Counted from the stretch's first letter, positions 19,808 to 30,370 are shown. The stretch is 64,000 nucleotides of DNA from Candidatus Altiarchaeales archaeon (GCA_014727915.1 WJMO01000006.1:384001-448000); one strand, 5' to 3'. The notes: generated by a model from the letters alone, not told the origin. A program made the numbers and translations.

Positions 19808-20643
19808 CTTGCTCTCTTAACCACCAGGTCCGCGAGCAAACCGAACAACGCGACCTCGACTGCTGTTACAGTGATAGAAGTGACGGTTATGTCCATGACC
19901 TGCCCCAGGACCATGGTCGAATACATGAACACCAGACCAGCAAGGGATAACATGAGAGCGCTCAAGGGCATGAAGACCTTCAGGGGGTTGAAGTATAGTA
20001 TGGTGCGCAGGATCAGGAGTAGGAATCCGAAGCCGTCAGACAACGGGCTTATCTTGGACTTAGAATCGCCTGAGCGGGAGTGGTAGTCTATTGGAACGTA
20101 CTTTACCGTGTAGTCGTTGCATAGGAAGGCGAGGGTTATGGTGGTCGTGAAGGAGAAGCCGCGAGGGTACAGGTGTAGGAACTCCAACGCCAGCTCCCTT
20201 CTGAACACCCTCAATCCGGAGTTCAGGTCAGGGATGTCGAACCCGCTCAAATACTTCGCCAGGGAGGTGAGGAGCCACTTGGCAGGCCTGCGGACCAATG
20301 GTATGCTAACTTCGTCGCCGGTCCTCGACCCCACCACCATGTCATAGTCGCCCTCCAAAAGCGAGGGAATGCGCTCTGCAGGGTATGTGCCGTCAGCGTC
20401 GATAATCAAGACCCGGTCGCCATTCGACCTCAACAGCCCTGTCTTGACGGCTGCGCCATAGCCCATGTTGTAAGGGTGGCGTATCAGGGCCTCATCATCC
20501 ACCTCCACAGGTTCATGGCTGCCATCGTCCACGACGATGACCTCGTAGTCTATGAAACCCTCTAAGGCCCTATGAATGCCTGATAGCACGTCATCCAAGC
20601 CCTCTTCATCGTATGCTGGCACCACGCAGGTAAGTGAAACCAT
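19804..20643 (-). CDS. GT2 glycosyltransferase, polyprenol-phosphate glycosyltransferase-like
   Basis: VPAYDEE, VVDDGS, NMGYGAA, IDADGTY, DLNSG; two C-terminal TMs. Confidence 0.9.
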   Translation of the reverse strand: MVSLTCVVPAYDEEGLDDVLSGIHRALEGFIDYEVIVVDDGSHEPVEVDDEALIRHPYNMGYGAAVKTGLLRSNGDRVLIIDADGTYPAERIPSLLEGDYDMVVGSRTGDEVSIPLVRRPAKWLLTSLAKYLSGFDIPDLNSGLRVFRRELALEFLHLYPRGFSFTTTITLAFLCNDYTVKYVPIDYHSRSGDSKSKISPLSDGFGFLLLILRTILYFNPLKVFMPLSALMLSLAGLVFMYSTMVLGQVMDITVTSITVTAVEVALFGLLADLVVKRAR

Positions 20644-20676
20644 CCTATCAAATTATACAGAGCGGTTAAATATAGG

Positions 20677-20781
20677 TTAATCGCGTTTTGAATCCTTTAT
20701 CATCGATAGGCCCAGGCGTATCTCGTTCAACCCCAGGTGTACCAGGCTCTTCCACACTTCGAACGCGTCCTTCAGCTTCAA
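20677..20781 (-). CDS. Candidate 34-aa small protein (MKLKDAFEVWKSLVHLGLNEIRLGLSMIKDSKRD)
   Basis: TTG start overlaps the aroA stop (TTGA); codon usage like neighbouring genes; below the ORF-track cutoff. Confidence 0.45.
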   Translation of the reverse strand: MKLKDAFEVWKSLVHLGLNEIRLGLSMIKDSKRD

Positions 20782-22046
20782 ACCAACACACCCCCCAAAC
20801 TCCCGAGGACCTCCTTGAAGTCGGGGAAGGTGACGTCAAGGTGCTCAGCACCGGATATCACCGTCTCACCCTCCGCCTTCAAGCCTGCCACAGCCAATGA
20901 CATGATTATCCTGTGGTCCATCCAACCATCGACTTCGGATCCCTTCAGGACGCCTCCTTGTATCAGAAGCCCATCATCCCTCTCCTCTACTTCACATCCC
21001 ATCTTGGAAAGCTCGGACGCCATGGCCTCTATGCGGTCGCATTCCTTTAGACGGGCGTGGGCTGCGTTGAAGATCTCCGTCTCCCCTTCGGAGAGGGCTC
21101 CCAGAACGGATACTATGGGAACGAGGTCGGGCGAGTCGGAGAGGTCCGCCCTGATGCCATGAAGGCGGCCATCAGAGACCACAGAAACAGAATCATCATT
21201 TATTCCTACTTTAGCGCCCATTTTTGATATTATCTCGGCTATTTTCCTGTCGGCCTGTAGCGAATCCCTGAACAGGTTGTTGACTGTGACTTCAGAGTCC
21301 GTCAGCGCCGCAGCCGCGAGTATGAAGGCTCCGCTGCTGTAGTCCCCTTCGACGGTGTAGTCGACCGGACTATATGACTGGCCCGCAGGCACATGAAAAC
21401 TTTTGTAGCCGTCATTGTACACTTCCACCTTGAACCTGGCGAGCATGTCCAATGTTAGGTCGACGTAGGGCCTGCTCTTCAAACCGGTGGTCAGCTCGAC
21501 CGTGACATCCTCCCCTGCATAGGGTGATGCCATCAGCAGCGCGGTTATGTACTGGCTGCTCACATCACCTGGTATCGAGCATAGACCGCCCTCCAACGGA
21601 CCTTCAACGGTGACCGGCGGAAAGCCAGATTCTGACCGTGAATTCACCCCTAGCTGGGAGAGAGCATCCAACAATGGCTGGATGGGACGCCGACATATGG
21701 ATTCGTCCCCTGTCAACGTAACAGGACCGCCGCAGAGGGATGCTATGGCCGTGGCGATCCTTATGGTCGTGCCCGAGTTGAGCGCATCTATCTTGGAACC
21801 TGGGACCGCAGGTTTTCCACCGACCCCATCTACTTCAACCAGGCCCTCAGCTTCGAGCATCCTGCCGCCTAAAAGCCTGCAGGCGTTGAAGGCCGCCATG
21901 GTGTCGCGTGACACCAGCGGGGAGCGGATCGTCGAGCTGCCGTCGGCGAGCAGCGACGACAGTACCGCGCGTATCGTGTAGGACTTGCTCGGCGGCGCGG
22001 AAACAACACCACCCAACGACTCTGACGGTTTGACCTTCAATTCCAT
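20778..22046 (-). CDS. aroA: EPSP synthase
   Basis: PPSKS, NSGTT, SSQY, EGDYSS, RLKECDRI, DHRI. Confidence 0.97.
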   Translation of the reverse strand: MELKVKPSESLGGVVSAPPSKSYTIRAVLSSLLADGSSTIRSPLVSRDTMAAFNACRLLGGRMLEAEGLVEVDGVGGKPAVPGSKIDALNSGTTIRIATAIASLCGGPVTLTGDESICRRPIQPLLDALSQLGVNSRSESGFPPVTVEGPLEGGLCSIPGDVSSQYITALLMASPYAGEDVTVELTTGLKSRPYVDLTLDMLARFKVEVYNDGYKSFHVPAGQSYSPVDYTVEGDYSSGAFILAAAALTDSEVTVNNLFRDSLQADRKIAEIISKMGAKVGINDDSVSVVSDGRLHGIRADLSDSPDLVPIVSVLGALSEGETEIFNAAHARLKECDRIEAMASELSKMGCEVEERDDGLLIQGGVLKGSEVDGWMDHRIIMSLAVAGLKAEGETVISGAEHLDVTFPDFKEVLGSLGGVLV

Positions 22047-22099
22047 CCTGGTAATGAAGAAATGAACAAATAAATTAAAATAGAGGGTAAATCATATCA

Positions 22100-25000
22100 A
22101 TGAGTTTCCAAAGGCAGTTACTAGTTCTAGTAGCCACATTGGCACTGTTGTCAGCTTGGGCCTACACCCAATCAAACAGCGTGGACGGGATAAGATGGTA
22201 TTACAGCGAAGACAGCGAATGCGGGCCGGGGTCGGATGTAAGTGACGGAACATTCCATGATATAAGCGTCCCCTTCTCCCTGCCCAAGTCCAAGAGGAGC
22301 GTATGCTTCGCAGGAATCATGGAGGGAGTGCCCGCGGACAGCCTAGTGGTCAGAGTAGACGACAAGGTCGTCAGAGCATACCTTAACGGCGAGGAGGTGG
22401 ATACTAGAGAGGCTAGGAGAGGATGGAGGAAAATCAGCCTTGACGGGGGTGACAGGAAAGCAGCCAACACCCTGGTAGTCAAAGGCCAGAACATAGCTCG
22501 CAACATCGACTTTGAAGTCGGAAGGGAGCAGCCCCACAATATAAGGTGGTTGGTCCTCGGCCTGACATTGGCTTTCATCGCCACATCCAAGGAACTGAGG
22601 AAGCCATGGGCTATGGCAGCCGTCATCGCAGTCGTGGTTGCAGCCTACATGCTCCCGGTCATAGGGAGGCTTGGATACTGGGGCATAAGCGACTGGGACC
22701 AGTTCTACACTTTCTACCAGAACGCGCGTGACACGATACTCGGCTATGGGCAGATACCATTCTGGAACCCTTACATCTGCGGCGGCAACGTGCACCTGGC
22801 CTACCCTAACACTACATTCCTGTCCGTCTTCTTCCTTCCCGTTCTCCTACTGGGAGTTCCATCGGGTGTCATGGTCAGCCTCTTCTTCTACATCCTCGCG
22901 GCATGCTTGGGTTGCGTGCTACTATCCAGGGAGATGAGGCTTCCACCCTATTCGACGCTGTTCTTCTCGATCACATTCGCACTGTCGGGTTATTTCGCCC
23001 ACCGGATGAACCAGGGACACATGCCGGCAATGGCGCTTGCATACATTCCGTTCATCCTCTGGGCCTATTGGAAGAGTCAGAATGAGTTCAGATACGCTGC
23101 GGCGGCTGGCCTGTTCACTGCACTATACGTCTTGGAAGCCCATCCTTTCCTGATAACGCTGATGATAATGTTCCTGGTAGCGTATCCGACCGCATATTCT
23201 GGAATTGAGCTGGCATGGTTTGAGATAAATCACCGGAAAAGATCCAGGAGGCGGGATATTGAGAGGGTATTCAAGCCGTTAACAACCGGGATTGCTGTCG
23301 CTGTAATAGCCTTCCTGCTGGTGGGGTTTAAGGCCCTGCCGACACTGCATTATGCGGGAGACCGTCCGAGGGAGGTGGACGACTACGGGGGTGCTGACTT
23401 GATGCTGCTGGTGGAGGCGCTTGCCAGCAGACCATCGGAGCCCAAACACCCGCACAGGTGGGGTTGGCACGAGTACAACGTCTACATAGGGGGGGTGGCG
23501 GTGCTGTTGTCGGTGTATGGGATGTTGAAATCGTTGAGGCAACGCAGGTACGCTGCACTTCTTGCCGTGATGTTGATTATGACGCTGTATTCGTTCAATC
23601 AGAGCTCTCCAATAAACCTATGGAGCCTATTTCACAATCTGCCCTTGTTCGGCAGCCAGCACGTTCCGTCACGGGCCCTTGGTTTTGTCATGTTCATATT
23701 TTCGGTTTTCGCAGGTTTGGGCATGTCGAGGTTGGAGAGGATGAGCAAGCACGCCGCGCTTTTGGTTCTGGCCTTCACCGTCTTCAACCTGGTGTCCGTT
23801 AACACCTGCCTTTTGGAGGGCGCGTTCAACCAGATTCCGAGGATAGACTACCAAGAAAGCGGAGTAGGCTTCCACCATGTGAAGGACGTCTACAACGTAT
23901 ACAACCTCAAGTCCAGGAGCATGTACGGTTACGCCCTGGCTGGGGTAGGGGTAACCAACTGCTATGCCCATGGGGGTTTGAACAACAGGGCAACGCCCAT
24001 CAACGCTCACGATTACAGGGGGGAGGCTTATATGGAGGGGGGAGGAACCGCAGAGGTGGTGGGTTTCTCACCCAACCGGGTGGATGTTAGGATAGAGTCA
24101 GAAGCGGATGACATCTTGTATCTTAACATGAACCACTACCCTGGGTGGACCGCGAACGGAAGGCCCGCAGTGGAGAGGAACGGCCTGGTCTCCGCGGGCG
24201 TGAAGGCGGGAGTGGGGGTGGTCGAGTTCTCCTACACTCCGCCGTTGTTTTGGGAGGGTGTTGCAGCCACTTTGGCTGGGGTGGCGCTGGCGTTAATTGT
24301 GTGGAAGGGGTTATTTAGGAGGGTCTACGAATCCATTAAGAAGATGAGGTACCGGCTGCTGCCCGACAGGATGCATTCTTGGATTAAGGCGGTGATCATC
24401 GTGCTTGTACTGACCTTCACGCTTTCAATCATTCAGATGATCCACAAGGAGAGGGCGGAAGAGCATGCATTCGTCGTTGAAGCTGTGAAACACACCAGTG
24501 ACAGCTTCGACTACTGGTACAAGGAGGGGAAGGCCGTGAAAGGATGGGAGGACATTGAGCTTCCCTACAATGAGGGTGACGGGTACTTCAGGACATACTT
24601 CACAACCAACAGGAAGCACGTAACTCTGAAGCTTTACGCAGACGACTGCGTAGAGGAGGTATACTACAACGGCAGGGAGCAGTTCTACACTAGACAATGC
24701 AGCAGGTGCGAACACTGCAATTCGCCGCTTAGGGTCTCATTCGACGTTGACGGGGGCATGGACTCCCACGTCCTGGCCGTTAAGACGAGGGACCGTGGGG
24801 GTATCCAGACGTACTTCTACCTCGAATACGAGCCTGAAGGCTCATACTGGTCTAGTCTGGCGCTTTTATCGGCTGCTGGAGCGGCCGCAATATTCTATTT
24901 GAGCAGGAGGATCGAGGATTTCAGGAAGTCGAAGCCAGGATACCGTAAGCTACTGTTTCTCCTTATGTTCTGCCTGCTGGTGTTCTCCGCATACATGAAA

Positions 25001-25948
25001 TACCCCCTAGTCTCACAGCCGGAAGTCTACGACCTAAGGATGATATACTATTTCAGCAGGGACCTGAGCAACGGGGAGAACCCCTATAGGATGATGGAGA
25101 ACACTTCATTGAGCCATGTGGGGGGGCATCCCAGCTACATGCCGCTAGTGTACATTACCGGCGCGGGAATATCAAAACTAGGCAGTAGCCTGGAGGAGTG
25201 GTCCTACCTCATGAGGTTGCTCTCCCTGGTCTGCGACTTGGGCGTGGCCTTTTTGATATTCAAGGCGGCAATGGGCAGGGGTAACCCGCTGCTGGGGTTG
25301 TTCGGAGCCGCATTCTGGTCGTTCAACAGGTTCTCTCTGATAGTCCTGAAAGACGGTCACTGGGACATAATAACCCTCTTCTTCCTTGTCTGGTCCATAC
25401 ATCTTATGGAGCGGCGTCCGAAGATCGCATGTCTGCTGCTGGGCGCGGCGATTTCCATAAAGCAGTTCCCGGTCGTGCTGGCTCCAGTCTACGTGCTCAT
25501 GCTAAGGGAGAGGTTGGGTTTTGTCAAGTCTTCAGCGCTTGTTCTTGCAGTGCCGTTGCTGGTCTCCACACCATTCCTAATGTGGAACTCAACAGCCTTC
25601 ACAAAGGCAATAGGTCAGACTGCAGTGCGGCCTAACAGCGGGGTTAGCATGAGGTTCAGCGACAGCCCGCTGTTGGATTTCACCGGCGATAGCGGTATGC
25701 TGTCAAGAGCGCCTCTGATCATATTGTATGCGATACTGTATGCCCTAGTTCACATGGGGTGGGTCCGCCCCTACTCTGCGGCTCTGATATCATTCACCCT
25801 CTTCCTCAGCTATAACCCGTACATATACGGAAGGTACTTCACATGGATTATGCCCTTCCTGCCCCTCACTTTGCTAGAGGTGTTCGAGCGAAAGACCTTA
25901 GCCTCGATAGAAGAGTGCGGGGGGAGACCGCCAGGAAAAAGGCCATGA
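22100..25948 (+). CDS. 1282-aa membrane protein: YfhO-like GT-C module plus GT87/PIG-M-like module, each preceded by a beta-sandwich domain
   Basis: DWDQ..PFWNPY..GG, PGW.A.G and F.Y.P (YfhO-like); GENPY, YMPL, K.FP, YF.W (GT87-like). Confidence 0.7.
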   Translation: MSFQRQLLVLVATLALLSAWAYTQSNSVDGIRWYYSEDSECGPGSDVSDGTFHDISVPFSLPKSKRSVCFAGIMEGVPADSLVVRVDDKVVRAYLNGEEVDTREARRGWRKISLDGGDRKAANTLVVKGQNIARNIDFEVGREQPHNIRWLVLGLTLAFIATSKELRKPWAMAAVIAVVVAAYMLPVIGRLGYWGISDWDQFYTFYQNARDTILGYGQIPFWNPYICGGNVHLAYPNTTFLSVFFLPVLLLGVPSGVMVSLFFYILAACLGCVLLSREMRLPPYSTLFFSITFALSGYFAHRMNQGHMPAMALAYIPFILWAYWKSQNEFRYAAAAGLFTALYVLEAHPFLITLMIMFLVAYPTAYSGIELAWFEINHRKRSRRRDIERVFKPLTTGIAVAVIAFLLVGFKALPTLHYAGDRPREVDDYGGADLMLLVEALASRPSEPKHPHRWGWHEYNVYIGGVAVLLSVYGMLKSLRQRRYAALLAVMLIMTLYSFNQSSPINLWSLFHNLPLFGSQHVPSRALGFVMFIFSVFAGLGMSRLERMSKHAALLVLAFTVFNLVSVNTCLLEGAFNQIPRIDYQESGVGFHHVKDVYNVYNLKSRSMYGYALAGVGVTNCYAHGGLNNRATPINAHDYRGEAYMEGGGTAEVVGFSPNRVDVRIESEADDILYLNMNHYPGWTANGRPAVERNGLVSAGVKAGVGVVEFSYTPPLFWEGVAATLAGVALALIVWKGLFRRVYESIKKMRYRLLPDRMHSWIKAVIIVLVLTFTLSIIQMIHKERAEEHAFVVEAVKHTSDSFDYWYKEGKAVKGWEDIELPYNEGDGYFRTYFTTNRKHVTLKLYADDCVEEVYYNGREQFYTRQCSRCEHCNSPLRVSFDVDGGMDSHVLAVKTRDRGGIQTYFYLEYEPEGSYWSSLALLSAAGAAAIFYLSRRIEDFRKSKPGYRKLLFLLMFCLLVFSAYMKYPLVSQPEVYDLRMIYYFSRDLSNGENPYRMMENTSLSHVGGHPSYMPLVYITGAGISKLGSSLEEWSYLMRLLSLVCDLGVAFLIFKAAMGRGNPLLGLFGAAFWSFNRFSLIVLKDGHWDIITLFFLVWSIHLMERRPKIACLLLGAAISIKQFPVVLAPVYVLMLRERLGFVKSSALVLAVPLLVSTPFLMWNSTAFTKAIGQTAVRPNSGVSMRFSDSPLLDFTGDSGMLSRAPLIILYAILYALVHMGWVRPYSAALISFTLFLSYNPYIYGRYFTWIMPFLPLTLLEVFERKTLASIEECGGRPPGKRP

Positions 25949-28154
25949 ATGAGATTGCATTTAGGAGATGCTGTGATAGTGGTTTAACGTAATTGAACTC
26001 CACGAGATGAGTTCCCGGCTCTATGAAAACCCCTGGGTACTCTGGAGTGACCCTGAGGGTGTCCTTTCTCACGCCGTCCACTTCCACCCGCCAGTAAGGG
26101 TGGTATCTCATCTTGTATATTAGCAGGCCTGGCTCGTCGGCCTCCACCTTTATGAGCGCAGCGTGGATGGACCTCTTAACAACCGTGGTTCTGCTGTTCC
26201 GATCTTGGGGGCTTCTCTCCTTTATGGCTCTTCTAACGGTGTTGTGGGGCTGTTCCGTGCCGTTGAAGACCTTGCCCTCGAAGGCAGCGACCAGTATTGG
26301 GTGGGGTTCCCTGTCGTATCGCATCAGATAGGAGTATCTGCTGGGGTCGACGGCCTGTCCGGTATATTCCACTATGAGGGGAATGTGGTCTCGGCGGCTG
26401 TTGTTCTTGTAGTAGTGCAACCACACTTCAGCTATCCTCCGCCATCCCTCCTCCGTGGATGACAGGAGTGCTGGCTGCTTGTGCGAGAGGAAAGCGTAGC
26501 TGAAATCCCCGTCATACCTGAATAGACTGTACTGTCGGTCTGAGTAGACTTTCGTTAGGTCGCCTTCCAGGTTGGGGGGAACATCGTATATGGAGCTTGT
26601 CACAAGGTATCGTATGTTGAATATGTGGAATATGCTCTCATAGTTTGTTAGGTCTCCCCAGAACCGGGTGGAGTATATGCGCCTGAAGTAGGGCCGGTCG
26701 TACAGCCAGGGCTGGGAGAGGACGACGGGAGCCGACTTGACTCCAGTGTCCGTGTCTCCGTAGACCCTCCCGTCAAAGCCGTCCCGGTCCATCGCCTCCC
26801 CTATGTTCTTTAGGGAGTTAATCCAGTAGTCGATGGTCTCTACCTCCTTCTCGGAGGTGATGAGCCTCTCATTGTAGGGCGTGTACAGGACAGCCAGCAA
26901 TATTAGGTAGGACATGGCATACCCGACTTTGCGGGATCCGAGGACTCTCTTTGAAACGTTGGGTATAGATGATAGTATCCAGTATAGCACGTTGGCTGAT
27001 AGGGTTATGGAGAAGAACTCCAGAAGGTATATGGTGCGCTTAGGGTTCAGGAAGTCTGAGAAGGGCAGCAGTCTGAGCAGTGTTATGTCGTCTTTGCCCA
27101 CGAAGAACAAGAAGGCTATGACCGCCCCGGTTGCGCAGAAGAGGCCGAAGCGCCGTCTGCTCGCTAGGGCGTATGCAAGCCCGAGGGAGGTCAGTGCTGT
27201 AAGCACTGGGAGCCTGCCCCGGCCCATGTTCTTGGGCCATCTGAGGTGTTTGTCCGCATCGAATCCGAAGTTGTCTGACACGTCGAGAAGTTCTCCAGAG
27301 TAGAACGCTGAAAGCGCGGAATCGACGGAGAAGGAGGATTTGACCGCCTGCATCCTCAGGTTCCTAGGAGCGTATTGGATGTGCTCGGTGAGGGGGAGTA
27401 TCCAGAACATGGACATGAGGAAGGTTAATGCCCCGGCTGTCAGGGCGTGTTTGACAGGCTTCATCAGATCCTTCCGCTTGAGCCCAGGGTATGCGAACAG
27501 CAGGTCCAGGAAGCCCACTATTATGAGGAAGTAGGCGTAGTATGGGTGCGCGAAGAATGTTACCGTGAACAGGAGCGAGGTCCTTCGGATTCCCTTTCCC
27601 TCCCTAACCGTCTCATGGAAGCTTCCCAATGCGAGGGGGAAGATGAACGCGCCCAGCACCTGTGAGGTCAGTCCAAGTACGAAATACGCTGTTGTGGTGT
27701 GGCCCCATCCAGATATGGGAAGTGCAGAGAGCAAGGCCGCTATGCCGCACATTATGGGTGGCATCTTAAACTTGTCCAGGGCATAGTAGACGCTCAGCGG
27801 ATAGAGCGAGTATATGAGCACCACCATGAGGTTGTGTGCTGACAGCAGCGATATGGCGTCTAAAGACAGTATGTTCAATGCTGCGACTATGAGGTACATG
27901 AGGAACTGGTGGGCGTTGAACCAGGGATAGCCGGTCCCGTATGAGTGGACGAACCCGAATATCATATGCTCTTCCAGTATTAGCTTCCGCAGATAGTATG
28001 TGTGGGAGAAATGGTACTGGTCGTCGCCAGAATCGTTGACACCGTCTGCCAGCAGGGGAGATGTTATGTGCAGGTTGAACATGACAGCTGAAGCCAGCAA
28101 AACCAGCGAAGCCAACCTCGCGTGCTTCTCCTTTTTAGGCAGTCTAAACCTCAT
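25866..28154 (-). CDS. YfhO/PTPS-related GT-C-like membrane protein
   Basis: GDD.YH, GYPWF, many TMs, NIRY, YHPYWRVEVDG, G.H.VEF.Y. Confidence 0.7.
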   Translation of the reverse strand: MRFRLPKKEKHARLASLVLLASAVMFNLHITSPLLADGVNDSGDDQYHFSHTYYLRKLILEEHMIFGFVHSYGTGYPWFNAHQFLMYLIVAALNILSLDAISLLSAHNLMVVLIYSLYPLSVYYALDKFKMPPIMCGIAALLSALPISGWGHTTTAYFVLGLTSQVLGAFIFPLALGSFHETVREGKGIRRTSLLFTVTFFAHPYYAYFLIIVGFLDLLFAYPGLKRKDLMKPVKHALTAGALTFLMSMFWILPLTEHIQYAPRNLRMQAVKSSFSVDSALSAFYSGELLDVSDNFGFDADKHLRWPKNMGRGRLPVLTALTSLGLAYALASRRRFGLFCATGAVIAFLFFVGKDDITLLRLLPFSDFLNPKRTIYLLEFFSITLSANVLYWILSSIPNVSKRVLGSRKVGYAMSYLILLAVLYTPYNERLITSEKEVETIDYWINSLKNIGEAMDRDGFDGRVYGDTDTGVKSAPVVLSQPWLYDRPYFRRIYSTRFWGDLTNYESIFHIFNIRYLVTSSIYDVPPNLEGDLTKVYSDRQYSLFRYDGDFSYAFLSHKQPALLSSTEEGWRRIAEVWLHYYKNNSRRDHIPLIVEYTGQAVDPSRYSYLMRYDREPHPILVAAFEGKVFNGTEQPHNTVRRAIKERSPQDRNSRTTVVKRSIHAALIKVEADEPGLLIYKMRYHPYWRVEVDGVRKDTLRVTPEYPGVFIEPGTHLVEFNYVKPLSQHLLNAISFMAFFLAVSPRTLLSRLRSFARTPLAK

Positions 28155-28954
28155 TTCCTAAGTTTGAAATATGAATAGGCACCTATGACAGAAAGCGACA
28201 GGGCGACCGCGAGAATTATATGGGAGTTGCTTGACTCGTTCTTTTTCACAACGACCCTGCCCTTGGTCAGGGTCGACTTGTAGACCCCGTCCTCAACGTA
28301 GTCGATAACCGCCAACACGCCAAAGTCCCCCGGCAAGGCCATGAAGTTGGAGACCGTGTACTCCACCTCCTTCTCGCTTCGGGGCTCTACCTCAACCTCC
28401 CTCAGATCATCGTCCAATGACAGGCTGTGGGGGACCACAACCCTGACGTCAACGTTGTGGGGTATGTCATCAGCGTTCTTCAGCTTTAGAGTAAGCTTGG
28501 CTGATCCGTCGGTGGGCAATTCAGCGGATGACATCTCGGCGAAGACCATCGACACTGACCTCTCTTCCACCATCATGGCAGACTCGAATATCATGTAGAT
28601 GGGATAGTTGTTATTGTCGTGGAATTGCAGCATGAATATGAGGGGGTAGACTCCAGGCTCGGCCTGAGGGTCCAATGATACGTTGAGGACCTTGCTGATT
28701 GGCTTGTCTGGTTTTATCACGTCGAAGTATAAGGGCTCAGAGTCCAGCTCGTCCGGGAACACCAGAGACGCCTGGCCGTTGTATGCTATCTCATCCCCTG
28801 TGTTAGTTAGCTCGACGGACATTTTAGCCTCGGTTGTGCCGTGGAACTGCAGGGGCTGAATCCGCATGGTCATGGTGAAGCCGGCGGAAACGCACTGTAT
28901 GGAAGCTAGAACTAGAAAAGCGGCCAAAGCCAGGACAGTGCGCCTTGAGCTCAT
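28151..28954 (-). CDS. Exported Ig-fold/S-layer-like (COG1361-like) protein with C-terminal anchor
   Basis: Signal peptide, NTGDEIAYN, PGVYPL, C-terminal TM plus basic tail. Confidence 0.7.
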   Translation of the reverse strand: MSSRRTVLALAAFLVLASIQCVSAGFTMTMRIQPLQFHGTTEAKMSVELTNTGDEIAYNGQASLVFPDELDSEPLYFDVIKPDKPISKVLNVSLDPQAEPGVYPLIFMLQFHDNNNYPIYMIFESAMMVEERSVSMVFAEMSSAELPTDGSAKLTLKLKNADDIPHNVDVRVVVPHSLSLDDDLREVEVEPRSEKEVEYTVSNFMALPGDFGVLAVIDYVEDGVYKSTLTKGRVVVKKNESSNSHIILAVALSLSVIGAYSYFKLRK

Positions 28955-28988
28955 GTTCAAATATATAGAGGGCCTGCAATAAAAGGGT

Positions 28989-30089
28989 TTAGAGGAGTTT
29001 CTCGGCCTTTTTCCTGGCGGAGGGCAGTTTTTTCTGGTGTTTGAGCAGGAACCGTTCAAGTAGTTCAGCGCATATGCCCTTGCACTCCCCGCATAGCAGC
29101 TTACCCTCCCTGCACTCATGGTATACCCTGCTAAGCTCAAGGTCGTCGTCCATGAGATGATATAGGAGCAGCTCGTATACCATGCATTTCTCCGGCTCTC
29201 CTCCGCGTTCTTTCTGGTCTTCCACGGTGGTACGCCCGCCGGTCATGGCGGACATTATCTTCTTCCTTGCGGACTTGGGTTCCTCGCTCAAGGCGACATA
29301 ACTCTTCGGGTCGGAGGAGCTCATCTTACCTCCTTGTAGTCCGCTCATGAACTTATGGTAGGTTGCGGACGGGGGGATGCACTTCATGTCCCTTCCGCTG
29401 TCGCGTTTCGCGTTCAACCGGGAGGCGATGTCCCTTGTTAGCCTGATGTGGGGGTCCTGGTCGGCGCCCACGGGGACCACGACAGGCTTCGGACCGCCGA
29501 AGAGTTCAAGTTGGGGGTGCAGTATGTCCGCGACCTGGGAGAGGACGGACACCAGCTTGCCCGTGGTCATATCCCCATATATCGACTGGAGCTCGTTCAA
29601 CGTCACCCTCTTGGATGAGATGTCCCGGAGCTTGTAGTATTCTGGCACGTAGTCGCTCTGGAACCAGAAGCGCATGCCCCTCTTCTTCAAGCCCAGAGCG
29701 AAATAGTTGGACAGGTACTCTGTCAAAGCGGTCTTCCTGGCGTCCTCGAAGGAAACGTCGCGCATTAGATAGCTCTCCATGTCGGCGGCGCATATGTAGG
29801 TCTCAGCTCCCATCTGCTGGAACCAGATTATCTCGTCAGCGACCATCTTATGCCCCATGTGGAACCTTCCTGACGGCATCAGCCCGGTCATCATGGCAAA
29901 GGGCTTGCCCTTGTCCAACGCCTCGACTATCTTCCCGAAGTCGCGGTGGCCGAATATTATCCCCCTACGGATGTACCTGAAGCTGTCGAACCTCTGCCTG
30001 AAGGCCTCGAAGGATTCCATCCCGAAATCCTCGATGAGCTTGCCGTAGTCTTTTATCTCGCCGACGCTCCAGGGGTCAAAGTCCTTCAT
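28989..30089 (-). CDS. trpS: Tryptophanyl-tRNA synthetase
   Basis: PSGRFHMGH, GADQDPH, KMSSS, CGECK. Confidence 0.97.
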   Translation of the reverse strand: MKDFDPWSVGEIKDYGKLIEDFGMESFEAFRQRFDSFRYIRRGIIFGHRDFGKIVEALDKGKPFAMMTGLMPSGRFHMGHKMVADEIIWFQQMGAETYICAADMESYLMRDVSFEDARKTALTEYLSNYFALGLKKRGMRFWFQSDYVPEYYKLRDISSKRVTLNELQSIYGDMTTGKLVSVLSQVADILHPQLELFGGPKPVVVPVGADQDPHIRLTRDIASRLNAKRDSGRDMKCIPPSATYHKFMSGLQGGKMSSSDPKSYVALSEEPKSARKKIMSAMTGGRTTVEDQKERGGEPEKCMVYELLLYHLMDDDLELSRVYHECREGKLLCGECKGICAELLERFLLKHQKKLPSARKKAEKLL

Positions 30090-30370
30090 TTTTTCTCATA
30101 TCTCTCTTCAAGCCTATTCCAGCCCTCGTCCAGGTCCAAACCCAGCAGGTTGCCTAGCTTGAAGGTAAGGTAGATGAGGTCCGATATCTCGTCGTTTACC
30201 TCCTCCCCGTCGAATGTTTCTTTCCTATATCCTGTCTTCCTAAGTATGTTCCGTGATATCTCTCCCAGCTCCTCCTGCATGTGGAGGAGCGTATGCTCTG
30301 GAACGTCCCCCGCCCATCCGAAGCGCCTGTCAAATTCCCTCACCTGCTCTTGCAGTTCATATAAGCCCAT
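30086..30370 (-). CDS. MazG-like nucleotide pyrophosphohydrolase
   Basis: EELGE..., DEISD motifs; ATG 30370. Confidence 0.8.
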   Translation of the reverse strand: MGLYELQEQVREFDRRFGWAGDVPEHTLLHMQEELGEISRNILRKTGYRKETFDGEEVNDEISDLIYLTFKLGNLLGLDLDEGWNRLEERYEKK

